Origin: Candidatus Dojkabacteria bacterium | Lineage (GTDB): Bacteria; Patescibacteriota; Dojkabacteria; J137 | Direction: 5' to 3' | Length of the DNA stretch: 64,000 bases | Assembly: GCA_030834985.1 (NCBI GenBank) | Contig: JAUQWV010000007.1 | Coordinates: forward strand, 4,321 to 68,320 | In this document: piece by piece, positions 18,939-26,605 of the stretch | Layout: every line of letters starts with the position of its first letter | Position numbering within the stretch: the first letter of the stretch is position 1 | Position numbers and translations under genes: made by a program | Notes under the pieces: generated by a model | Databases searched by the model: none | Told to the model about the DNA's origin: nothing | Seen by the model: only the letters and a program-made list of their open reading frames with translations

Positions 18939-19913
18939 TTAAGCAGCTATAGTCTGAATATTCGCACCCTCTTGAATAGGGAATGATATTATTAATATCT
19001 TTTCTTGTACAATCCCATCCTCGTTTTTTACAACATTAAATTTTAAATGTTGTGAAAAGAATTGATCTGCTGTTCTTGTATCGGAGCTATCTTTTGTTTT
19101 CGCCACTAATTGCCCAATAATATATGCAACCATTTGCGCACCTCTTTCATTATTTGGCCATTTTTCTGTTGGGTTTCTAAAGCCTTGTTCAAATGCAGCT
19201 TTCATCTTATCTTTAAGTAATTCCCAAGTTTCTGCAGACCCATTATCGGATATCTTATATGTCCTAAAAGGAGAAGCTTCGTCAACCGAGACAGTTATTT
19301 GGGTTGCGCCGACTTCCGGGTTTGTAGCGTTAAGAACTAAAGTATTTATCATAATTAGTTCATCTTGTGTAGCAAGAATATCTGGGTGAATATTGATTCT
19401 AATATTGCTATTGGTATCAAAATTCTTTTTAATATCGATAAGTTGTACAAGACCTTTTCTAGATAAATTTGTATCTATAAAATTTTTAAGACGAGGCAAA
19501 ATATCTTTAAAAATATTTATGAATTGTTCAAAATCCTGCTGGGCGTCCGCAATATGTTCATAGTTAGCGTTAAGTTGAATAGTTACAATATCTCCTTCTG
19601 TACTTACAGTTACTGCCTCAGCCGGAAGTAAAAGATCCATATACCCACCAACTAATGCTGGGTACTTTCGAATATCGTGAGTTAAAATATTTGTGAATTC
19701 TTCAGTGATTCCTGGTCCTCCTACAATAAAACTCTGTCTACTAAATAAAAAATCATAGATAGGTCTAGGTATATTAATTGGGTCGTAAGGTTGCCATGAA
19801 TCTAATTCTGCAAGGGCATTAGGAATTAATTTGCTCATAGGTAAAAACTCCGCGGAAGTTTTTATTACGGCTTGCTCAGTTTCTTGCTTGATTCTTTCTA
19901 TAATATCTGACAT
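18939..19913 (-). CDS. Orphan soluble histidine-kinase-like (degenerate GHKL) protein
   Basis: H-box-like LTHDIR, N-box LVLNA, G1 ISDNGS, F-box AFEQGF, degenerate G2; start moved to ATG 19913 because the upstream part is a tRNA. Confidence 0.6.
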   Translation of the reverse strand: MSDIIERIKQETEQAVIKTSAEFLPMSKLIPNALAELDSWQPYDPINIPRPIYDFLFSRQSFIVGGPGITEEFTNILTHDIRKYPALVGGYMDLLLPAEAVTVSTEGDIVTIQLNANYEHIADAQQDFEQFINIFKDILPRLKNFIDTNLSRKGLVQLIDIKKNFDTNSNIRINIHPDILATQDELIMINTLVLNATNPEVGATQITVSVDEASPFRTYKISDNGSAETWELLKDKMKAAFEQGFRNPTEKWPNNERGAQMVAYIIGQLVAKTKDSSDTRTADQFFSQHLKFNVVKNEDGIVQEKILIISFPIQEGANIQTIAA

Positions 19914-19945
19914 AGGCAAAGGATTATAAATATACTTGTATTTTA

Positions 19946-20018
19946 TCAGAGGTACTGGACTTGAACCAGCAGTCTTACGGTCCCGAACCGTATGCTTTAC
20001 CAATTAAGCTAACCTCTG
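19946..20018 (-). tRNA. tRNA-Pro(CGG)
   Basis: Cloverleaf: acceptor CAGAGGT/ACCTCTG, anticodon arm TACGG-TTCGGGA-CCGTA, T-loop TTCAAGT; CCA not encoded. Confidence 0.93.
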
Positions 20019-20145
20019 CAGCCTTTTACGGCAAAAATACTGATTAATAATATCATTGTAGGGCAAGATATTGCAGCTTAATTACTAGACACAACTTTAC
20101 TCTATGGCTTATTATTAACTTTGCTTACATAATCTTAAATTTTTT

Positions 20146-20607
20146 ATGGAAAATAAAACTATTATTGCTGCAGCGTTAGTTATTGTCTTTTTGGTTGGTA
20201 TTTTATTTTTTAATTCAAAAACGGTGGAAAATAGTAGAAATCAAACAGGTGATACTTCTTCGGCATCTACATCTTCAGGCTTGACTGAGCTTGTAAAAGA
20301 AACTACAAGAGAGGGCGAAGGAGATAGAGAAGTTGCAACTGGCGATACAATCAGCGTACATTACACAGGAACTTTTTTAGATGGTACAAAATTCGATAGT
20401 TCAGTAGATCGTGGCCAGCCATTTCAATTTACAGTAGGGCAGGGCGTTATCCAAGGGTGGAGCCAAGGTGTAATTGGAATGAAAAAAGGTGAAGTTAGAA
20501 AATTATCAATTCCTTCCTCTTTAGGTTACGGTCCAGTTGATTACGGTGATATTCCAGCTAACTCCGACCTATATTTTGAAATAGAATTATTAGACTTTGT
20601 TAATTAA
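20146..20607 (+). CDS. Membrane-anchored FKBP-type peptidyl-prolyl isomerase
   Basis: VHYTGTFLDGTKFDSS, VIQGW, LGYG and IPANSDLYFEIEL motifs. Confidence 0.95.
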   Translation: MENKTIIAAALVIVFLVGILFFNSKTVENSRNQTGDTSSASTSSGLTELVKETTREGEGDREVATGDTISVHYTGTFLDGTKFDSSVDRGQPFQFTVGQGVIQGWSQGVIGMKKGEVRKLSIPSSLGYGPVDYGDIPANSDLYFEIELLDFVN

Positions 20608-20650
20608 AGTATTTAATAAATTCAATTAATTCTTAGGTACTTTGTTTATT

Positions 20651-20723
20651 TGGAGGCAGAGTTGCTAGAAGAAGCATTTCCAACGCGTAGCTAGGATTGC
20701 TTCAAATAGTAACTCTGCCTCCA
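20651..20723 (+). other. 73-nt intergenic stem-loop, function unknown
   Basis: 17-bp outer stem with one G-U pair and an inner GAAGCA/TGCTTC stem. Confidence 0.6.
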
Positions 20724-20783
20724 TAGAATTTAGTATTTATTTGTGATATTTTGAATTGATAATGACTATTTAAAATAAGGCTA

Positions 20784-21401
20784 ATGGATAACTACAATCC
20801 CTTTTTAGAGCAAGCGCCGGCACAACCAAGAAATTGGTTCATAACAATTTTACAAAGTCTAGTGATACTCACTTCAGTTGGTATTGTTTTATATTTGTTT
20901 ATATTATCTCCAAATCAAGTAGATGGCCCTTCGATGGAGCCTAATTTTTATACCGGTGAATTGTATTTTGCAAATAGGTTAGTCCAGTGGTTTAATGGAA
21001 CTGCAGTGGGTGATATTACAGGCTTTAAATATCAACGTGGTGATGTTGTTGTATTACAAATCCCTGGATACCCTCAATTTATTAAAAGAATTGTAGGTAT
21101 GCCTGGAGATAAGATAACTTTGAGGGATGGCAGGCTATATATTAATGATAAAATAATTACGGAAGAATATTTACCGCCAGCTCTATACACTAGAGGAGGC
21201 GACTTTTTAGAAGATGGAGGCGAAAGCAGAATTGTTCCTCAGGGATCGTATTTTGTTATTGGCGATAATCGTCCAGTAAGTTATGATTCGAGATTTTTAG
21301 GTTTTGTTCGAGGAGATTGGTTAAAAGGTAAAGTATTCTTACGATTCTGGCCTGGTGAAGCATTTGGTTTAATACCTACAGGCGCAATTACATTTGAATA
21401 A
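20784..21401 (+). CDS. lepB: Signal peptidase I
   Basis: GPSMEPN (catalytic Ser), FIKRIVG (Lys), GDNRPVSYDSR. Confidence 0.95.
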   Translation: MDNYNPFLEQAPAQPRNWFITILQSLVILTSVGIVLYLFILSPNQVDGPSMEPNFYTGELYFANRLVQWFNGTAVGDITGFKYQRGDVVVLQIPGYPQFIKRIVGMPGDKITLRDGRLYINDKIITEEYLPPALYTRGGDFLEDGGESRIVPQGSYFVIGDNRPVSYDSRFLGFVRGDWLKGKVFLRFWPGEAFGLIPTGAITFE

Positions 21402-21409
21402 TAGTGACT

Positions 21410-22045
21410 ATGAGAAACATTTTCGGCAGAAAAAAAACTGATAACACTCCTTTTAATGAAAAAAGAGAAAAATCTGCTTTAGTAGACTTTTTACAATCAG
21501 TAACTTTAGCGATAATTTTTTCTATTATTATTTTCAGTATTGTTACTCCAAGTGAGGTAGAAGGTAGTTCAATGGAACCTAATTTTCATAATGGCGAAAG
21601 AGTTTATACAAATAGACTTCCTCAATGGTTTAGTGATGGTGATGTTGGAAGAGCATTGAATTTGTCATACAACAGAGGAGATGTAATTGTATTTTACAAA
21701 CCGGGAATGGGTGGGTCGTTAATAAAACGAATAATTGGAATTCCTGGAGATAAAATTGAATTACTTAATGGACAGTTTTATGTAAATGGTAAGCGCCTAT
21801 TAGAAGAGTATTTAGCCTCGGATTTATATACTAAAAGTGGGACGTTTTTATCTGAGGGCGAGGTTGTGCAGGTGCCTGAAAATAGTTATTTTGTAGCAGG
21901 AGACAACCGAGCTGTGAGTAATGATTCCAGATTTATAGGATTTATAGATAAAGAGTGGATGCAAGGGAAAGTTATATTCAGATTGTGGCCTTTAGATAAA
22001 ATAGGCATTATTCACGCTGGTGAATATAAGTTAGAAAACCCTTAA
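21410..22045 (+). CDS. lepB: Signal peptidase I, tandem paralog
   Basis: GSSMEPN, LIKRIIG, GDNRAVSNDSR. Confidence 0.95.
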   Translation: MRNIFGRKKTDNTPFNEKREKSALVDFLQSVTLAIIFSIIIFSIVTPSEVEGSSMEPNFHNGERVYTNRLPQWFSDGDVGRALNLSYNRGDVIVFYKPGMGGSLIKRIIGIPGDKIELLNGQFYVNGKRLLEEYLASDLYTKSGTFLSEGEVVQVPENSYFVAGDNRAVSNDSRFIGFIDKEWMQGKVIFRLWPLDKIGIIHAGEYKLENP

Positions 22046-22593
22046 AGCGGATTTGCTAATAAAAATTCCTGTAATAATGCGAGTGCTTTTGCACGCATTG
22101 AGTATCTGTCTTTTTCTGAATCCTGCATTTCTGCAAATGTTTTATCGGAACCTGTTGGTATAAAAATTGGATCCCAGCCAAAACCGTTTTTTCCTTTTTC
22201 TTCATTTGTAATTACCCCCTCAACTTTTCCTTCAAAAGTATGAATAGTATTTTCATCTAGGATTAAAGCAAATGTTACTTGAGCAACAGCACGTCTATTG
22301 TCACGATTTTGCAGAAGCTCTATTAGCCCATTATTCCCGAGCGCCTTTGCAAAATCGTTTATATAAGGCCCAGGTAATCCGCCAAGTCCATTAAAACTTA
22401 AACTAGTATCTTCAACTAATAATGGTGTTTTTAACTCATTAAAATATGCTTTAGCTTTCTCAACTGCAACTTTTACTGGATCAAGTGATTGAATTTCTTC
22501 AATTTCTAAAGAAGTACCTTCTATCTCTAAATTTGTAATTCTTTTAACTTCATCGATTTTATTTTGATTTGAAGTAGCAAATATTAGTTTCAT
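22042..22593 (-). CDS. rdgB: Non-canonical purine NTP pyrophosphatase (RdgB/HAM1 family)
   Basis: ATSNQNK, EDTSL, GLPGPY and GFGWDPIF motifs. Confidence 0.93.
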   Translation of the reverse strand: MKLIFATSNQNKIDEVKRITNLEIEGTSLEIEEIQSLDPVKVAVEKAKAYFNELKTPLLVEDTSLSFNGLGGLPGPYINDFAKALGNNGLIELLQNRDNRRAVAQVTFALILDENTIHTFEGKVEGVITNEEKGKNGFGWDPIFIPTGSDKTFAEMQDSEKDRYSMRAKALALLQEFLLANPL

Positions 22594-22652
22594 TGAAGTA
22601 GTTTAATAATTTAAGTAATTGCAATATAATTACTATAATACAGAATAGTAAA

Positions 22653-23543
22653 ATGAGTAAAGAAATAATAACAGTAAAAAATTTTAGTAAGTCATTTGGT
22701 ACAAAAAAAGTTATAGATGATTTAACGTTTGAAGTTTTTGAAGGTGAAGTATTCGCATTTTTAGGAGCAAACGGTTCTGGTAAAACAACAACAATTCGCT
22801 GTCTTTTGAATATCCTTCAGGAAGATAGTGGAGAACTTTTAATTAATAACGAGGTTTATTCTCCTACATTATCTAGTCTTCTTGGTTATTTACCTGAAGA
22901 AAGAGGTCTTTATTTAACTTCCAGAGTTTTAGAAACTTTAGTTTATTTTGGCCAACTTAAGGGGTTAAGTAAGATTGAAGCAACAGAAAATGCTAGAAAC
23001 TATCTTCAAAGAGTTGATTTGGCCGATAAAGAAAATGTTGATATTAAAAAACTTTCATCGGGTCAGCAGCAGAAAATCCAGCTTGGAATAACTGTAATAA
23101 ATAAACCTAAATTATTGATTTTAGATGAACCTACCAAAGGTTTGGATCCAGTGAATCGTGAGTTACTGCTTAATATTTTGTTAGAGTTGAATAAAAACGG
23201 CTCTACCATAGTATTCAGCACTCATCAGATGGAAGAAGTCGAAAAAATCGCTGATAGATTATTAATGATTAAAGATGGTAGAGCCGTTTTATACGGGAGC
23301 GTAGCAGCCGTTAAATCTAAATATTCAGATAACTCATTATACTTGAATTTTGAGGGTAAGCTTCAGGAGGAAACAAATCTATTTAATGCTGTAATAAATA
23401 AAAATCGAGCAGTAATTAGATTAAAAGATGGAGCTTCAAAACAAGAAGTTATTAAATATCTAGCAGACAGCGTCAATGTTTTGAAGCTCGAAGAAAGCAC
23501 TCCATCATTAAATGATATTTTTATTCAAGTAATGAATAAATGA
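22653..23543 (+). CDS. ABC transporter ATP-binding protein (NatA/YhaQ-like)
   Basis: GANGSGKTT, GYLPEERGLY, LSSGQQQK and LDEP motifs. Confidence 0.92.
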   Translation: MSKEIITVKNFSKSFGTKKVIDDLTFEVFEGEVFAFLGANGSGKTTTIRCLLNILQEDSGELLINNEVYSPTLSSLLGYLPEERGLYLTSRVLETLVYFGQLKGLSKIEATENARNYLQRVDLADKENVDIKKLSSGQQQKIQLGITVINKPKLLILDEPTKGLDPVNRELLLNILLELNKNGSTIVFSTHQMEEVEKIADRLLMIKDGRAVLYGSVAAVKSKYSDNSLYLNFEGKLQEETNLFNAVINKNRAVIRLKDGASKQEVIKYLADSVNVLKLEESTPSLNDIFIQVMNK

Positions 23544-24811
23544 AAAAAAGTTTAATAGTTGCAAAACGGGAATATATAAAAGTCGTAAGAAAGCCTTCTT
23601 TCTGGCTTTCTACATTGTTTTTTCCTGTTTTTATTGTTGCAGTAACTTTGATATCAGGTTTTTCATCAGTTCAATTTGAAGAAAAATTAAAAAGTGGTTT
23701 GTCTGAAGCTAACAAAGTTTTAATAGTTGACGAATCTAATTTTATAAAAGATTATTTTTTTGTAGACAAAATTGAGCGTGCAGACAATTTAGAAGAATCA
23801 ATTACAGAGGTTGTAAACGGCAATGCAGATGCTGTAATTTATTTCCCAGCTGATGTTACAAGTACAAAAGCCCTACAAATTTATACCCAAGACCAAGGTT
23901 TATTTTTAAATGAACGGTATAACAGTTTTGCAGATACCTTATTAAAGCAGAGCATATTAAGTGATTTAAACGATCCGGCTAAAGTTGAAGTATATAACTC
24001 CACCTTAAACTATCAGGTAACAACCTATAAAGATGGTGTAGAAACTAATTTTTCGTTGTCAAAATTGTTAGTTCCTGGAATTTCCTTAGTTTTGTATTTT
24101 ATTTTGACAACGTTTGCAACAAGCTATTTACTGCTTAGCGTATCAGAAGAAAAAGAGAATAGGGTAATGGAAATTGTATTATCTGCAATTAAACCTAAAG
24201 ACTTGATTGTAGGTAAGATCATTGGATTAATTGGGATAATTATTACTCAGGTTCTTTTACTTATTGTCTTATCAATAATTGGAGTTTTATTAGTAGGCAA
24301 TCTTTTACAAGGCTCAACTGCAACAGGTATAAATCCAGTAAATATACCTTTAGGTTCTATTGATATTGAAATCTCACAGCTCATTGGACAAATTATTTTA
24401 GGAATAATATTTACCTTGTCAGGTTTCTTTATTCTAGCTTGTGTAATGGTTGGAGTTGGCGCAGCAAGCCCAACATACAAAGAAGCACAAAGTTTATCTT
24501 CGATATTTATTCTAATATCAATATTTCCTATATATTTTATTACTACAATTCTTGGTGATCCAAGCGGAACATTAGCTCAGATCTTAAGTTATTTGCCTTT
24601 TACTGCTAGCTTGATTTTATTGTTAAGAAGTGCTCTAGATGCACTAAGTACTACTGAAGCCGTCATAGGGGTTGCTTTATTGGTGCTTTATTGTGTACTT
24701 GGTGTGATTTTAGCCTTCAAGCTTTTTGAGTTTGGAGCGTTAGAATATAATAAAAAAATCTCGATAAGCGAATTTATAAGTGGTAGAAGAAAATCCAGAA
24801 AAATTACCTAG
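23540..24811 (+). CDS. ABC-2 type permease (NatB/YhaP-like)
   Basis: SVSEEKENRVMEIVLS and GKIIG motifs, multiple TM helices; ATGA overlap with the ATPase gene. Confidence 0.9.
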   Translation: MKKSLIVAKREYIKVVRKPSFWLSTLFFPVFIVAVTLISGFSSVQFEEKLKSGLSEANKVLIVDESNFIKDYFFVDKIERADNLEESITEVVNGNADAVIYFPADVTSTKALQIYTQDQGLFLNERYNSFADTLLKQSILSDLNDPAKVEVYNSTLNYQVTTYKDGVETNFSLSKLLVPGISLVLYFILTTFATSYLLLSVSEEKENRVMEIVLSAIKPKDLIVGKIIGLIGIIITQVLLLIVLSIIGVLLVGNLLQGSTATGINPVNIPLGSIDIEISQLIGQIILGIIFTLSGFFILACVMVGVGAASPTYKEAQSLSSIFILISIFPIYFITTILGDPSGTLAQILSYLPFTASLILLLRSALDALSTTEAVIGVALLVLYCVLGVILAFKLFEFGALEYNKKISISEFISGRRKSRKIT

Positions 24812-24872
24812 TTGAAATTTATAGACTTATTGGTATACTGTACCTTACAACCGATTTTAATGACAAAAGATA

Positions 24873-25319
24873 ATGGTTAAGAAAAAAAAGAAATTTGCTC
24901 TTAAGACTGCGGCAGCTGTGACGATAGTGGTGTTATTCTTTTTAGGAATCTCTATTGCAACAGGATTATTGAGAATTGATATTGTAGCTTCAACTATTTC
25001 AAGCGAAGTTCCTGCAAATTATCATAAAGAAGAAAAAATAGAAACCAATCTAATGGAAGGTAAGCATTTTGTGCTTTTTACTTCAAGTTGGTGCGGCCCA
25101 TGCCAAACACTTTCTAATTTCTACAAACTATCTGCCAAAAAGTATTCTAATATAGACTTTATTGAGGCAGATATTGAAGTCAATCGAGCTCTAGCAAACG
25201 AGCTAGGCGCTACTTTAACACCATCTGTATTATTTATTCAAGATGGTAGAGTTATAAGCAATACTGAGGTCGGAATTGACGATATTGAAAAAAGCATAGA
25301 TAAGTATGCCTCATTGTAA
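24873..25319 (+). CDS. Membrane-anchored thioredoxin
   Basis: WCGPC active site, cis-Pro TP motif, N-terminal TM helix. Confidence 0.88.
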   Translation: MVKKKKKFALKTAAAVTIVVLFFLGISIATGLLRIDIVASTISSEVPANYHKEEKIETNLMEGKHFVLFTSSWCGPCQTLSNFYKLSAKKYSNIDFIEADIEVNRALANELGATLTPSVLFIQDGRVISNTEVGIDDIEKSIDKYASL

Positions 25320-25331
25320 TATTATGAGTGT

Positions 25332-25976
25332 ATGTATTTATTGCTTGTAATTTACGCTTTCCTACTTTTGGTCCAGCTGGTACTCGGAATCTTCGCGTAT
25401 AGAATTAAAAAATCCTTGAAACGTAAGTATAGCTACTATCTTGGTGAGCAAATCGAATTTAATAATATCCTAGAAGAATATCAAAAACATAACCCTAACT
25501 TGCAAATCATTGCAACTGACGAAATTAATGATGTTTGTATTGCCGAGGAAGATGTTTTGATTATCAATAAAAAGTCAATTTACGCTAAAGATCTATATAG
25601 TAATTTATATTTGCTTTTTCAGCTTAAACTGACCTCTTCAGAGTTTAAAGATATCCGTAGAATCTATATTTACCAATCAATTACATTTGTTTCTCAAATA
25701 GTATTTCTTATATTATTTTTTGTCTTGCCAGAGATCGCAACAATAGTCCTACTATTGGGATTTGTAAGCTTGTTTTTAAATCTTTTTCTGATTTACTATG
25801 GAATTAGCGTATATAATCAGATTTTAAGGATTGTACTTAAAGAAGCCCGAAAGATTTTGAGTTTAGATAAAGTTGAAATGGCTAGAGCAGAGACCTTGGT
25901 AAGTGAGTTAAAATACGAGGTTTTAACCTACGCCCTAGAAATTCCGTGGAGATTATCAGAGTTCTGGCGGATTTAA
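25332..25976 (+). CDS. Membrane protein, possibly a degenerate YugP-like zinc peptidase
   Basis: TM pattern and C-terminal EARKIL..LTYA resemble YugP; no HExxH. Confidence 0.55.
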   Translation: MYLLLVIYAFLLLVQLVLGIFAYRIKKSLKRKYSYYLGEQIEFNNILEEYQKHNPNLQIIATDEINDVCIAEEDVLIINKKSIYAKDLYSNLYLLFQLKLTSSEFKDIRRIYIYQSITFVSQIVFLILFFVLPEIATIVLLLGFVSLFLNLFLIYYGISVYNQILRIVLKEARKILSLDKVEMARAETLVSELKYEVLTYALEIPWRLSEFWRI

Positions 25977-25978
25977 AA

Positions 25979-26445
25979 AACGGGGGTCCATCCATAAGCC
26001 GGATTCTGTTTATAGAATCATTTATCTATTGCCCCTAAATTAGGGTTGCTCCAGACAGGGGTTGCCGGCACCCTGATATTGCTATCAGGATCGGTGGGCT
26101 CTTACTCCACCTTTTCACCTTTACCCAGAGCTAGCATTAGTTATATCACGTACATATAGCTAAACTAGCCCTAAGGCTGTTTGTTCTCTGTTGCCCTTTT
26201 CTCCCGAAGCTTGCGCCCCGCCTATACCCTAAAAGCCTTTACTCACTAGCTATCCAATTGCTTTTCCTGCTATGTTTTCAAGTTACTTTCAAGTTAAAGG
26301 TGTCTATTCCGATACTTTTTGATGTAATCTCAAAGTCTGTAAACATTGCTGTATACTGTCGGAACCACTTGGAGTCCGGACTTTCCTCATCTGGGTTGTA
26401 AAATTGCTTTTTGACCCAAACGCGATTCTTTGAATGGGCCCCGTT
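25979..26445 (-). ncRNA. rnpB: RNase P RNA
   Basis: GAGGAAAGUCC (26388-26378), GCAACAGAGAA, GGUGAAAAGGUGG, ACAGAAUCCGGCUUAU (26009-25994), complementary ends forming P1; TGATATAAT promoter upstream. Confidence 0.95.
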
Positions 26446-26488
26446 GTGCGGTAATTATATCATTTATATAACTGACAATACAAATATC

Positions 26489-26559
26489 AGGCATAAATAT
26501 ACCCTGTTCTTTCCATCGTGCATAGCCCGAAAGTCAATCACCTAGGTATATTTATGCCT
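26489..26559. other. 71-nt intergenic stem-loop between leuS and rnpB
   Basis: 15-bp perfect stem AGGCATAAATATACC/GGTATATTTATGCCT and inner CTTTC/GAAAG stem. Confidence 0.6.
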
Positions 26560-26605
26560 TATTTTAGGGCAAATTTAGGATAGTGAGGCAATACAAGTGA
26601 TACGT

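Noticed and set aside
19914-20003. N-terminal extension of the 354-aa ORF
   Set aside because: It overlaps tRNA-Pro; ATG 19913 is the more plausible start.
20651-20723. SRP RNA or 6S RNA assignment for the hairpin
   Set aside because: No SRP domain IV motif on either strand, and too short with no central bubble for 6S.
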